Counted from the first letter of the stretch, positions 19,819 through 31,420 are shown. The stretch is 64,000 bases of DNA from a virus (IMGVR_UViG_3300033143_008750:8566-72565), one strand, 5' to 3'. Notes: generated by a model from the letters alone, not told the origin. Program-made: numbers and translations.

Positions 19819-20280
19819 ATGGAAGCTTTGAAATTACACGCAGTTTCGATCTTCGCATTTGGCGTAGGACTTTTCATGCTGCAATCACCTAACATTGGTA
19901 CAGGTTTTCATTGGAGTATCGGCATCTTGACTGTAATCGGCTCTATTCTTACGATAGTACAGTATTTGCCTGTTGCTGCTTGGAAACTATTTCTCACACG
20001 GCCAGACATATTCGGCCCTGAAGGCGAGAGCCACGAACGCGCATTGAAGCTGTATGATTGGTCAATTGAAGTTACTCGTCCATACGTGGGCAAAATCGAC
20101 CTTGGAGTTGCACTGATCGCAGATGTAATCTTAATGTCTGGATTGTTAGCTCAAGGTTGGGTAATTCTCTTTGGAATGCAATTTATAGCTTGTGTAATCG
20201 GCTACGCAGTTATTCGCTCATTTCTTACTAATTATCAAGACATTTATGCATTTGTAAATGGCTCAAAGGATATCGCATGA
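19819..20280 (+). CDS. multi-pass membrane protein
   Basis: four hydrophobic segments. Confidence 0.6.
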   Translation: MEALKLHAVSIFAFGVGLFMLQSPNIGTGFHWSIGILTVIGSILTIVQYLPVAAWKLFLTRPDIFGPEGESHERALKLYDWSIEVTRPYVGKIDLGVALIADVILMSGLLAQGWVILFGMQFIACVIGYAVIRSFLTNYQDIYAFVNGSKDIA

Positions 20281-21563
20281 AAAACGTAGATCGTACAGGT
20301 TTATATTTATTGGTTATCATATGTATAATGAATACATGTGGTACCAATGGCGAACACTCTCGTATACAACGCGATCTTGATGCAACAAAGAATCAGCTAG
20401 AGTACGTTGTTCACTTGCTTGAGGGCGGCGAGCCAAGAACAGTAACAGAGTTGGATTGCAGTGGATCTACAGACGCAATGATTAGTTGCCGTCCTACGGA
20501 GAGTCAGTAGTGCTAACTCAAATTGAACGCTGGAAGAAAGACATTTGGAATAAGCAAGGTCTGATATAGTGAATTTAAAGAAACGTATCTTTAATGCACG
20601 AATCAGTGGCAAGTCTATTGACATCGACCATTTTAACTGTCTGCGCACTAGATTTATTAACGAGTTGTTGAAATATAATGTACTCGACGTAGACATTTCA
20701 CAGCCGCACAATCTAAGTGCAGATGAAGTAGTATTCAGATTGAATGATTCTGTTTCTTCTAACGGTGCTGAATATGCAGTAGGACAGAGGATATTATTCA
20801 ATAAGTTAAGCATCAGCGGCATTGTACGAGTAGCAGAGGACCAGGACAATGGCTAAGGAAAGCAAACGAATTACGCCTTTTGTGCTTACTGAATTAACGG
20901 TAGCACAGAAGCAAAAGATACGAGAAGGTATGTATGCTATGCACAACTTTACTAACCACGAAGCTAACACAGTAGGTTTAGCAAGTTGGACTAACGATCA
21001 CAGGCAAGCTTGGGAGCTTGCACGAATGGATGAAATGGGTGAAACACAATGAATTACGTAATTTACAATTCAAGTCTAATGACTGTCGAAGGAAGCTTTG
21101 ATAGCATTGAAGATGCAGAGGCAGCGTTACCTGTCGATGTTGGTGATTTAGTCGCAGCATTGCGCAGCGATTATGAGCAAGCATTCGCAGCTATGTGCGA
21201 ACGACGCGACAGTGCTACATCGAACAGAGTTGAAAGCACAGACGAATCCAGAATGACTGATATAGAACGCTATACGAACATGAGAAAGGTGCTAGCAGAG
21301 CGTCCTATATTTGATAGCGAGGAAGATGCTAGAGAAAATATGCGGGCAAAGGATGGCGAGTGTCGCCGTTTTGTAATTCGTGAATGCGGCTCGCTAGGCA
21401 TGTACAGAGTTTGTTATTGTTTCTTCTCAACACCACGAGGCAGCGACACGCCTGTTTGGTCATTCAACGATGAATACAGTTTCACACACGGCCAAATGTA
21501 TATGTTAAAGCAACGTGCTGCAACAGCAGTCGGCCTTGAACTCATTGACAGCATGGAATAATT

Positions 21564-21920
21564 ATGAATTGGCTTACAAAATACTTTGAAAAACCTGATT
21601 GGCGTCTTGTTAAAGAGATTCAATCGGGGTACCTGTTTACTCAATTTCATCACCTTACTCCAAAGGATATAGTCAACGAGCAAGAAGAAGAATTAACGTT
21701 CTACTTGTACGAGAATCAATTCGGCGACAGAAAATTTGATGCTGTTGATAGCAGAAAAGGTGACATTAACATCAAAACTGCTTCGAAAGATGAGTGGCTA
21801 TTTCGTTGTGGAGATTATCGTCACACTATTCGTCCTTGGCTGGACGGAAGTTTGAATCTTGATATTCCAACATACGAATCAATTCCACGTAGAGACTTTA
21901 AAAAGGTGTTAGAAGGATGA
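21564..21920 (+). CDS. paralog family B protein (ends DFKKVLEG)
   Basis: YLYENQFGDRKFD, IRPWLDG, IPTYESI. Confidence 0.75.
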   Translation: MNWLTKYFEKPDWRLVKEIQSGYLFTQFHHLTPKDIVNEQEEELTFYLYENQFGDRKFDAVDSRKGDINIKTASKDEWLFRCGDYRHTIRPWLDGSLNLDIPTYESIPRRDFKKVLEG

Positions 21921-22264
21921 GTTGGTGGACAAACATATTCGGGGGAAAAGATGAATGGCGCATGTGCAAGCAGCTTGATACGACATTTATCAGTAGTGAT
22001 GCTTATACTCGCGTAGAGACTAAACACAATATCAACTACTACTTATACGAGAATCAATTTGGTGAACGCAAATTTGATATTGCTGATTCAAAGCGTGGTG
22101 ATTGTGAAGTTAAACGTTTAGAAAAAGATGATATTACGTTCCGTCTACGACTTTATAGAGAAACGGTGAAACCTTGGCTCGACGGTCGTACTGATCCTGA
22201 AATACCATCATATGAATCTATTCCGCGCAAAGACTTTCAACGCATACTGACGAAGAAAAAATAA
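21917..22264 (+). CDS. paralog family B protein (ends DFQRILTKKK)
   Basis: YLYENQFGERKFD, VKPWLDGR, IPSYESI. Confidence 0.75.
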   Translation: MSWWTNIFGGKDEWRMCKQLDTTFISSDAYTRVETKHNINYYLYENQFGERKFDIADSKRGDCEVKRLEKDDITFRLRLYRETVKPWLDGRTDPEIPSYESIPRKDFQRILTKKK

Positions 22265-22653
22265 TGTTGACTAAATTTAAAAATTGGTTTCGAACTAAAT
22301 TCTGTCATGTTGATTGGCAGCATGTTGGATTATTCGAACATGTGATGCGATACGACCGCGAAGAATGGATGACATACATTCATTGTTTTGAATCTTTCCG
22401 CGGTGATCGCAGAATCGAAATTGTCGGTGCATATAACTTACTAAGCGAAGCAAAAAAATACAAAATTGATGACTTCGATGGAAAATTTAAAATTACAAAA
22501 CTGTATCAAACAGAACTTTATCCTTGGCTGTGTGGTAGAGCAGATGCAGGAATCCCAGGATACGAACTAGTAAAAAGTCAGAAATTCGACTTCACAAAGA
22601 AGTTGAGAGGCGAAACTCCTATCGTATTGAATGACGATGAAAAGAAGGCTTGA
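22264..22653 (+). CDS. paralog family B protein (DFTKKLRG)
   Basis: FESFRGDRR, YPWLCGR, IPGYE. Confidence 0.7.
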   Translation: MLTKFKNWFRTKFCHVDWQHVGLFEHVMRYDREEWMTYIHCFESFRGDRRIEIVGAYNLLSEAKKYKIDDFDGKFKITKLYQTELYPWLCGRADAGIPGYELVKSQKFDFTKKLRGETPIVLNDDEKKA

Positions 22654-22966
22654 CACGCGCAGGCGTTTCATAGTATAATAGAGCCTAGGGAGAATATGAT
22701 GACAAATATTATCCGCACCACAATATATGCAGAAGAGGAAAAAGAATTTTGCTTGTTTCTTAAGGACGCAGGATTCAGTAATTTTGACTTGTTCCCAAAT
22801 AAAGACAAGATTTACCTTAATATTTGTTTTCATACTCCTGCGACTATTATGACTTACACATTGCGCGGTGTCGAGAATGACTACAGGGCTTCGCGCAGCA
22901 ACACGTATTATTACGACCTCGATCAAGATTGGGATGATGAGGCCGGCGATTTTTTCGGGGACGAGA

Positions 22967-23806
22967 ATGATTTCTAAAACAGCACTTGTAATCTACCATC
23001 ACCCTTGCTTAGACGGATTTACGTCAGCATGGGCAGCAAAACAAGCACTAGGTAACACAGCAGAATATATTCCAGGTAGTTACGGCAACGACGGCGAACT
23101 GCCTGACGTTGATGGACGAGTAGTTTATCTACTTGACTTTTCTTATCCGTTAGACGTTATGCTTACTCTTGCTAGTCGCGCATCAAAGGTGATCGTTCTA
23201 GATCATCATTTGTCAGCACAAAAAGATTTAGAACCATTGCTAGATAACGGAACTATCGAAGGCGAATTCGATATGAACCGTTCGGGAGCAATGATGACCT
23301 GGGATTATTTCTTCCCTGATCGTGAAGCACCTGACTTTATAAGCTATGTACAGGATCGCGATCTTTGGCTCAAAGAACTTCCTCTCTGTGAAGAAGTGAA
23401 TCTTGCTATGTTTTCATACACATACACTTTTGACAATTGGGATAGGATTTCAGTAACGCCTATCAGTGATTTACAGCAAGAAGGTTTTGCAATTCATCGC
23501 AAACACATGAAGGATGTTCACGAACTCATAGAGCAAGTGCAATACATGACGATTTGTGGCTTTGAAAACGTACCGACTGTAAATGCAAACTACTTCTTTG
23601 GCAGCGATCTTTGCGGCTTACTCAGTGAAACATGTCCGTTCGCAGCTTATTACTGGATCAACAGTGAAGGCGAATACGTATTTGGTATGCGGTCTTGTAA
23701 AGACTTTGAGAGAGCAGTAGATGTATCAGTCATAGCAAAATCTTTTGGCGGTGGTGGTCATGCTAATGCAGCAGGTTTCCGAATCAAAGATTTAAACGAG
23801 TTATAA
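22967..23806 (+). CDS. DHH/DHHA1 family phosphoesterase
   Basis: IYH..CLDG, LLDFS, LDHH, QDRDLW, GGGGHANAAGF; likely ATG 22967. Confidence 0.9.
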   Translation: MISKTALVIYHHPCLDGFTSAWAAKQALGNTAEYIPGSYGNDGELPDVDGRVVYLLDFSYPLDVMLTLASRASKVIVLDHHLSAQKDLEPLLDNGTIEGEFDMNRSGAMMTWDYFFPDREAPDFISYVQDRDLWLKELPLCEEVNLAMFSYTYTFDNWDRISVTPISDLQQEGFAIHRKHMKDVHELIEQVQYMTICGFENVPTVNANYFFGSDLCGLLSETCPFAAYYWINSEGEYVFGMRSCKDFERAVDVSVIAKSFGGGGHANAAGFRIKDLNEL

Positions 23807-23831
23807 CAGAAAATTTATTGAGTATAAATAT

Positions 23832-24323
23832 ATGACTATGCAGCAAACTCATTCACCACAACCGAAAATATTCGGCAAAGGATATGGTCATCATATTTTG
23901 TATAACTACAGGCTTATGAAAAAGTTTTTCTGGCTTGGGTGGAAGATGATGGTTCATATGTTTATCCCCAACGTATTTTATGAACGTGCGCATTGGGAAG
24001 TGATCGACCTATATCACAAAATGCGCGGGCTCCGCCATGGTACGATCAGTGACCATCGCTGTTCAAAGTGCGGTAGCGATCTTATGTCAGCAGATGAAAA
24101 CTATTGCCGACACAATGAGCTAAAAGATATAGAGCGAGAACGCGAACGTATCGAACGATGCGATAAAGCATTAGAAGAACTTGATATGTCACCAGAAGAA
24201 TATCAGTGGTCATTAATTCCGCAAGATGAAAAAGCAGAAATCATGCAACGCATGGAAGAAATCAATTCTGGCGAAGTCGAGAGCATCGACTGGCACGACC
24301 TCGAACCCCAAAACTCAAAATAA
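23832..24323 (+). CDS. hypothetical fusion protein (helical N-domain, CxxC, antitoxin-like C-terminus)
   Basis: after TATAAATA; C-terminus EKAEIMQRMEEINSGEVESIDW. Confidence 0.5.
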   Translation: MTMQQTHSPQPKIFGKGYGHHILYNYRLMKKFFWLGWKMMVHMFIPNVFYERAHWEVIDLYHKMRGLRHGTISDHRCSKCGSDLMSADENYCRHNELKDIERERERIERCDKALEELDMSPEEYQWSLIPQDEKAEIMQRMEEINSGEVESIDWHDLEPQNSK

Positions 24324-24365
24324 TAATTCTCGATAAATACTAGTTTAGTATTGAGGAGAATTATT

Positions 24366-24728
24366 ATGGCATTTGAGCCACCAGTATATACTTATAAGGT
24401 CGCACTAGTGACCAAAATTGTCGATGGAGACACTATCGACGTACACCTAGATGTCGGCTTTGAATCATACGTACACAAGCGTCTACGATTCTTAGGCATC
24501 GACACTTACGAAATCAGAGGTGATGAGCGTGAGCAAGGTTTGCTAGCAAAAGCACGCCTAACCGAGATTATCGAATCAGCCGATAGATTATACGTCCAAA
24601 CAAAAATGGATGGCGAGGGTAAGTACGGCCGCGTCCTAGCTACACTATGGACTGAAAAAGACGGCGTTCTAACTGACGTAAATCGTCAATTGATAGAAGA
24701 AGGTCACGGCGTAGAATATATGGTCTAG
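24366..24728 (+). CDS. thermonuclease (SNase) family nuclease
   Basis: IVDGDTIDV, RLRFLGIDTYE, GKYGRVLA, VNRQLIEEGHG. Confidence 0.9.
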   Translation: MAFEPPVYTYKVALVTKIVDGDTIDVHLDVGFESYVHKRLRFLGIDTYEIRGDEREQGLLAKARLTEIIESADRLYVQTKMDGEGKYGRVLATLWTEKDGVLTDVNRQLIEEGHGVEYMV

Positions 24729-24794
24729 CTTTGTTCCGCTTAGATGCGTTATTGTGATAAATAAGAGCAATAACACGTTAAAAGGAACAATTAC

Positions 24795-25211
24795 ATGGCA
24801 CTCGTAGTACCCAATAACTCAGAAGTTATCATGCTTCAATACATCACAAACAACGATGCGCCAGAGAACATCTCGATTCGGCTGTACATAAATAGTGTAA
24901 CACCAGATGAGAGTTCCACGGTAGCTACATTCACAGAAGTACTAAATGAAAGCGGCTATACAACAGGCGGTCAATCATTGACACCTGCTAGTTGGAGTAT
25001 TATCTCTGGAAATCCTTCACAGGCTGAACACACAGAAATCACTTGGACTTTCACAGGCGCGCTAACAGCACCTGGGGATGTATACGGGTATTACGTTACG
25101 CGAGACACGGGTGGCGAACTGATGTGGGCAGAGCGTTTCACCAATGGACCATTTAACATCACAACTAACGGTGATGAGATTAAAGTCACCCCACGACTAA
25201 CGCTAGAATAA
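24795..25211 (+). CDS. putative virion structural protein
   Basis: late promoter 24756; beta-rich, VYGYYV...LMWAERF pattern. Confidence 0.6.
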   Translation: MALVVPNNSEVIMLQYITNNDAPENISIRLYINSVTPDESSTVATFTEVLNESGYTTGGQSLTPASWSIISGNPSQAEHTEITWTFTGALTAPGDVYGYYVTRDTGGELMWAERFTNGPFNITTNGDEIKVTPRLTLE

Positions 25212-25223
25212 TAGGATTTCAAA

Positions 25224-25793
25224 ATGACCAAATCGTTTAAAGACAACTATGAAGATGCTAATAAAAAACCAAAGCTTGAAGGCATGAATGTTACTGTTGA
25301 TGAGAACGGAAATACTAGTGTTTCTGTAGCTCTTGATCCAAACGCAAAGCCAGTTATTCTTCCACGGCCATCGCCAACTATGACTATCCTAAGCGGCGAT
25401 GATGCACCTGATCTAACAATCACACCAACTATAACTCTAGAAGAAACGATTAAGCAAGACATTAAAGAAGTTCTTACGGAGCAACGTGAGCAATCTGCTA
25501 AAGTATTAGAGTCTGTTATGAAGACCAATACAAAGATTGCCAATAGTGTAACTAAGCTTGTAAAAAATACTACAGAGACAAATGATAAGCTAGTTGAAGC
25601 TATCATATCGTTGACTGATAAAATTTCATTGCTTGAAGCAAAGCTTGAAGCAATTAAGAATCTAGAGATTCCGACCCCAATTGTACACGTTCAAGCACCG
25701 AACACGAAAGTCCTTAAAGAAATTCATCGAGACAAGAATAATTTAATTACTCATATTGAGGAAGTTGAAGTACCAGTTGACGAGGACGAGTAA
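25224..25793 (+). CDS. coiled-coil late protein
   Basis: heptad-rich central region in the late operon. Confidence 0.55.
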   Translation: MTKSFKDNYEDANKKPKLEGMNVTVDENGNTSVSVALDPNAKPVILPRPSPTMTILSGDDAPDLTITPTITLEETIKQDIKEVLTEQREQSAKVLESVMKTNTKIANSVTKLVKNTTETNDKLVEAIISLTDKISLLEAKLEAIKNLEIPTPIVHVQAPNTKVLKEIHRDKNNLITHIEEVEVPVDEDE

Positions 25794-28069
25794 TGGCTGT
25801 AAAGTCTTTCGATGATACTAACGGCAATGGCATTACCCGTGATGCTCCGCTAGACAGTGGTGATGTATTTGATGCGCGTGTGAAGAACCTCAACTATGGT
25901 GGTGCAGGTGGCGCAAACATTACATTGCAGTTCTATCAAGGGGCTGGGTGTGCTGCGCGTAAAGTTGGTGCGGCAAGCGGCGGCGGATTCACAGTAGGTA
26001 GTTACACAGCGAGAGACACGACCACTGCAACGTATCGCACTGTCATGGCTAAGATGCAGACAACCAAGCTTGGCACAATGAATCCTGCTGGCATGGACTT
26101 TTGTATCGGTTCTGGCGTAGGTGCTGCTATTGGTAACGTACAGCATTGGTGGACTATGATTGACGATGGCACGATCCCTGCACCAGGCTGGGAGTTCTCG
26201 CCTCAAGGTGGTTGGGTCATCAAGCCTATTGATGTAACGCTTAGAGCATTCCACAGAGGAACTGCAGGCACACCTGATGAGACAGCGATGCACAACTTCG
26301 GCGCTTGGTTAGACCTGAGTGCCGTAAGTGGCACGGATAGAGATTTATTGATTGATTCGCCTGATTGGGTTGAAAATGGGTTCCATGCTATAGGTGGTGA
26401 TAGCACTGATCCTGATATTACATTTGATGATTTCGTAGATGAAGACCAAGGAGCAAGTAGTACTAATTTTGCTCGCACTGGATTATGGCAGGAAAAAGAA
26501 GGTATTATTCAGTGGTTTGGCGCAGGCGTTGTAGGACGAACATATGCTGGAACTGCTACTGCTTCTGCATTTACAGACAGCTTTAGGACACTTGTATGTC
26601 CAGGCGGCTATGTACGCGAAGGATTTAACAATTTAGAGTTTGATATAACAGTAGCAACAACTACTGTTGCACTAGATAACATTACTATTCTTGGACAAGG
26701 ACGTTCTGGCATAAAGCGTTTATTTGACGCAACAGATTCAGGTTCAGGCGGTGATGTAAATGTCACATTAGACGAAATTGCCTTTACTGCACACGGCTTC
26801 TTTACATGCGAACAAGTTTTGTATGATAGAGAAGGTAATACAGCTTATGTTACTGGTGCAGCACTTAACGGCGAAAGCCAACTTCTTACTGGCACAACAG
26901 GTGAATATTATTATGCTATTAATGTAGATGCTGATACATTTGCACTTGCTTCAAGTTTTGCAAACGCACTAGCAGGAACACGACTTGCATTAACAGCACA
27001 ATCAGGCGAGACACATAGCTTTACTCGCACACCAGATACAAGACCAGACGTTATTGTTACTTCCGATGCCGCACCTGGCACGTTCGATATGACAAACAGC
27101 ACCATTACTAGTGCAAGAGAAATTACAATAGATTTGGGTGCTGAACTTACTAACACACAGCTTATTACGTCAGGTAAATTATTTCTTAATGAAGGCATCT
27201 TAACTGGCTGCACTATTAATGCAGCAACAACATTCACTAATGAAGCATTTATTCTATCAGATACATTATTTACATCATCTACTGCGAATGGTGCTATCGC
27301 TGGTTGCAACTTTACTGCTGGGCCTGATGGAGGCCATGCAATCGAAATTACTGCAACAGGTAGCTACGCATTTGACGGTAACTCGTTCACGGGGTATTTA
27401 GGTACGCTAGGTTCAAATCCTACAGCAGACAGTGGTTCTTCAAGTGCGGCAATTTATAACAATTCTGGCGGCACAGTTACATTAAATATTACTGGTACTG
27501 ATACTACTATACCATCAGTTCGTAATGGTGCAACGTCAGATACAGTAGTTTCAGCCTCAGCAACATTGACACTAACAGGTATAGAAACAGATTCAGAAGC
27601 ACGTATCATAAATCTAGATGATGTTATAAATTTCAATAAAGAACTAGCTGGTAACGATCAAATTCACGGCCTAGTAATTGCCGCTACAATTGCAGATGGT
27701 GGCTCTGGTTATTCAAACGGTACACAAACATTAACAGTAGTTGGCGGCACTGGTACAGCAGCCACAATCGAAGTCACTGTCGCTGGTGGCATTGTTACAT
27801 CAGTAGATGGCATTACAACTGCTGGTGATTATACTGCTAATCCTCCTACTCCATCAACAACAACTGGCGGTGGCGGCACTGGCTGTACATTACGACTAAC
27901 TATTCGTGGTACATTCAGTTATGCATACGACGCCGCCTCTACCCCAAACGTTGCTATCATTGTGTTTCATCTCGATTTTAAAGAAGTTCGCATCGAACAA
28001 CTCCTTTCATCATCAGATGCGTCAATCCCAATTCAACAGACTACAGACCGAGTATTTAATAATCCATAA
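25793..28069 (+). CDS. putative virion fibre/structural protein
   Basis: G/T/A-rich, beta-helix-like region, GGSGY motif, one H-G-x-x-T module. Confidence 0.7.
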   Translation: MAVKSFDDTNGNGITRDAPLDSGDVFDARVKNLNYGGAGGANITLQFYQGAGCAARKVGAASGGGFTVGSYTARDTTTATYRTVMAKMQTTKLGTMNPAGMDFCIGSGVGAAIGNVQHWWTMIDDGTIPAPGWEFSPQGGWVIKPIDVTLRAFHRGTAGTPDETAMHNFGAWLDLSAVSGTDRDLLIDSPDWVENGFHAIGGDSTDPDITFDDFVDEDQGASSTNFARTGLWQEKEGIIQWFGAGVVGRTYAGTATASAFTDSFRTLVCPGGYVREGFNNLEFDITVATTTVALDNITILGQGRSGIKRLFDATDSGSGGDVNVTLDEIAFTAHGFFTCEQVLYDREGNTAYVTGAALNGESQLLTGTTGEYYYAINVDADTFALASSFANALAGTRLALTAQSGETHSFTRTPDTRPDVIVTSDAAPGTFDMTNSTITSAREITIDLGAELTNTQLITSGKLFLNEGILTGCTINAATTFTNEAFILSDTLFTSSTANGAIAGCNFTAGPDGGHAIEITATGSYAFDGNSFTGYLGTLGSNPTADSGSSSAAIYNNSGGTVTLNITGTDTTIPSVRNGATSDTVVSASATLTLTGIETDSEARIINLDDVINFNKELAGNDQIHGLVIAATIADGGSGYSNGTQTLTVVGGTGTAATIEVTVAGGIVTSVDGITTAGDYTANPPTPSTTTGGGGTGCTLRLTIRGTFSYAYDAASTPNVAIIVFHLDFKEVRIEQLLSSSDASIPIQQTTDRVFNNP

Positions 28070-28144
28070 TCTTAATTTTTCCTTAATTTTGATAAATATA
28101 AGCTATAAGCAAGTACAAAATCAAATTTGAGGAGAATTAAATAA

Positions 28145-31100
28145 ATGGCGATTGTCACAGACCCTGATCTGCTTTCACGCGCAGATGTAATTTTTGGCAC
28201 AGCAGCCCAGCAAATATCAATTTACCCAGTAGGCGACATAGAAAGAAACGGCGCTGGTGTAGAATATATTGATTGTTGGGTCGGAACGACAGGAACAATT
28301 GTGTCTACACAAAACTTTGCAACTGATTCAGTTGTAGCAGGCGATGTTGTAGCTGTACAGAATAACTTAGATGCTGGTCACTATTACGTGCAAGGTATTG
28401 CAACAGTAACTTTAACACTAGCTACGATTGATTCTGGTACAGGTGGCGCAGCAATGACTACGCTAACAGTTCAAACTTCCGCAGCATGGGACGGTACATC
28501 AGACCTTGATGATACTGCATCAGTAGAACAAATTACGCTAACTACACACGGATATGTAACAGGTGACGCACTTATTTATGACAATGGCGGCGGCACAACG
28601 GTTACTGGCTTAACAGACGGCACACCGTATTACGTTATTCGTGTTGATGCAAACACAATAGCACTTGCAACAACATATGCAAATGCAGTAGCAGATACAA
28701 GAATTGACTTAACAGATACGGGCACATCAGCAGCTAATATATTCCATGATCGACTAATTATTCAAGTATTCAATAACGGTGCTAACACCGTTGAAAACAT
28801 TGTTGGTCTTGACACTTCAGGTGACGGCGACGGCGACGTATCAGACGGTATTACACAGCAGGCCATTTACTCTTTCGGTAAGGAAGAGTGGCGTGTTGAC
28901 TCACAGATTACAGACGTTGATACTAACTCATACAACGATGATTTGATTAGACACCAATTTCCTTTCGAAGCTATTACGTCGGAGCAATTCGAGGTAGGTG
29001 GCGGTACTTCACATGACAATTGGAGTTGGTTCAACTTGTACACTCGTAAGAAAGTTCGTACAGCTGGTTGGGCTGAGAAGACAGATGTTGGTACAGGCGA
29101 TCTAGCAAGAGAGACAGGTGTTATTACACTGGGCAGCATTGACGCTGACGCGCAAGTATACTATCAGCAGACTTCTATTGTAACAGCAAAGGTTGACTTT
29201 ACATTCTTAGGACCAGTAAACGAAGCACTTAAGGTTTATGATGATGCATCAGCAGACAACACTCCAGAAGATGACTTTACAACATTCCTAAAATTGTTTG
29301 TACGAAAGAAAGGACGATCATATACTGGATCAACTATTTCAGATATTGGTGTAACAACAATTCAAACGATTGTAAACCGATTCCCGCTAGCTCACACAGT
29401 TGATACAGGTATTACTTTGACTGACGCTAACTTACTTGGCCTAAATCCATACAAGTTTGCAGCAGCGCCAGTAGCAATTGAATCAGGTTCAGACGGTGAC
29501 AAGACAATTACACAAGCAACATTTACCTCTACAGCGGTAGGTGATTTTGCAGCAGCAGGTGTTATTGCAGGCGACATTCTACGTATTACGGAAGCTGACG
29601 CTGACGTAGGCTACTACGAAATTCTAACTGTAGCAACAACAACAATTACTATTAAAGAAACAGAAAGTGTTACTGGTAATGACTTCACGTTTGGTACAGG
29701 TTGGGCAGTAACCAACGCAACATCAGACTTTGAGATTTACACAAGTGTACTATCTCCAACTCCAGGATTAGCAACATTACGTAATTCGGGTGTACTAGTT
29801 GACGCAACAGCAACAAGTCTAATTGATGTATCAGGTATAACTGGTACTCTAACTGACGGCGGCGGTGTTAACTTTACAACAGACGGTGTAGCAATTGATG
29901 ACATTTTGATTATCTCACAATTCTATGACATCAGCTTTAACGCATCAACAGACGTTGACGTTACAACAGCAGATACAATTCAAAATGCGACTCACAACTT
30001 GCGCACTGGTGATCGTATAGAATATGATGATGAAGGTCTTACAACTATCGCAGAATTAACAAGCGGTAGAGTGTATTACGCAGCAGTAGAAACTACTGGT
30101 CGATTCTGGCTTTGTAACACTCTAGCAGATGCATGGGCAAGAGCAAATGGTGACTCAACTGAGATTACGCTAACCCCAGGCGTTTCAGAATCACATACTT
30201 TCCACGTACATGAAGGCGACGGCTGCTACCCAATCACTACTGTTGCAGCAACAGTTCTAACTATAGATACAGCAGACTATCAATTCCCAACAACAGCTAA
30301 GACAATCGGTACTAACTACCGTGTTGTAGAAGCTGGCATGTACTTGCAGTATAAAGATAAGACTGTACAAGAAATGAACGATACACAAACAACAACTCCA
30401 GTCACAGACTTAGACTTCTCTGGCGGTAATACAATTACTATTGTTGGCGGACCTGCAATTGGTTTCGACTATCTTGACGATGCCGGCGCAACAGTTTCTA
30501 TACAGGCTGGTGATATGCTTGAGATTTCAGGATCAACAAGTAACGATGGTCGTTATACTGTATTAACTCGTACTAGTTCATTAGTGCTTGTTATCTTTGA
30601 AACATTCCCAGCTAATGATCTAAACGATCAGGCTGGTGTAACACTATCAGTTAAGCATGGCTTTGAGCGAACACTAGGTACAGACGATGTATCGTTCAAT
30701 TGGAAGGTCTCTGGCAACGGTGGTTCACTACAGAATGTATATGAATTTGTACAAGAAGAATTACGTTCAGATACTACAATTGACTGTGGTGCAGGCACAT
30801 TTGTTCCAACAGCTAACACTGGTCTAGTTGGATTTATTGGCGACATTAACGATCTGTTGATGACATTTGCTGCTCCAACAGGCACAGGTCTTAATCTGTT
30901 TATTGATGATCTTGACAGTAACGACATTAACAACGCGACGTTTAACGATCACGCTGGCAATGCTCAGAACTTCCCATTCACATCTGCTGGATCACTAGTA
31001 TTCAACCCGAACTTAACAAACGACGACAATTCCAAGTACTGGTTGTTCTTTACTGACGATAATGCCCCAGGCGACAACTTAGGTAGAGATTATGGTTCAG

Positions 31101-31420
31101 AGAATGCTATTATTGTTGATGACGCAACAACACCAACAGCAAATCCAATCACTGGTTTTGTTAACGCAGCAGGTGGTGCAACTCACGGTGGTACACGATC
31201 AGTAGCAAGTGGTACAACGTCTATTACGTTTACATACGCTTACGATACTAACGTACAGCGAGGCTCAGGTTCAGGTAGTTCAACTGCTCCAGTAACGCTT
31301 GTTGCTATCGGCGCACCAACAGCACAGTTCGTTATCGCGACAGGTAGCATTACTAATGCTACTGGTATTACGATTTCAGCGGTTGCTGCTCTAGAACGTA
31401 ACTACAACGGCGCGCTATAA
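28145..31420 (+). CDS. large virion structural protein with repeated inserted domains
   Basis: late promoter 28091, strong RBS, T/D/G-rich, internal repeats, followed by terminator. Confidence 0.75.
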   Translation: MAIVTDPDLLSRADVIFGTAAQQISIYPVGDIERNGAGVEYIDCWVGTTGTIVSTQNFATDSVVAGDVVAVQNNLDAGHYYVQGIATVTLTLATIDSGTGGAAMTTLTVQTSAAWDGTSDLDDTASVEQITLTTHGYVTGDALIYDNGGGTTVTGLTDGTPYYVIRVDANTIALATTYANAVADTRIDLTDTGTSAANIFHDRLIIQVFNNGANTVENIVGLDTSGDGDGDVSDGITQQAIYSFGKEEWRVDSQITDVDTNSYNDDLIRHQFPFEAITSEQFEVGGGTSHDNWSWFNLYTRKKVRTAGWAEKTDVGTGDLARETGVITLGSIDADAQVYYQQTSIVTAKVDFTFLGPVNEALKVYDDASADNTPEDDFTTFLKLFVRKKGRSYTGSTISDIGVTTIQTIVNRFPLAHTVDTGITLTDANLLGLNPYKFAAAPVAIESGSDGDKTITQATFTSTAVGDFAAAGVIAGDILRITEADADVGYYEILTVATTTITIKETESVTGNDFTFGTGWAVTNATSDFEIYTSVLSPTPGLATLRNSGVLVDATATSLIDVSGITGTLTDGGGVNFTTDGVAIDDILIISQFYDISFNASTDVDVTTADTIQNATHNLRTGDRIEYDDEGLTTIAELTSGRVYYAAVETTGRFWLCNTLADAWARANGDSTEITLTPGVSESHTFHVHEGDGCYPITTVAATVLTIDTADYQFPTTAKTIGTNYRVVEAGMYLQYKDKTVQEMNDTQTTTPVTDLDFSGGNTITIVGGPAIGFDYLDDAGATVSIQAGDMLEISGSTSNDGRYTVLTRTSSLVLVIFETFPANDLNDQAGVTLSVKHGFERTLGTDDVSFNWKVSGNGGSLQNVYEFVQEELRSDTTIDCGAGTFVPTANTGLVGFIGDINDLLMTFAAPTGTGLNLFIDDLDSNDINNATFNDHAGNAQNFPFTSAGSLVFNPNLTNDDNSKYWLFFTDDNAPGDNLGRDYGSENAIIVDDATTPTANPITGFVNAAGGATHGGTRSVASGTTSITFTYAYDTNVQRGSGSGSSTAPVTLVAIGAPTAQFVIATGSITNATGITISAVAALERNYNGAL

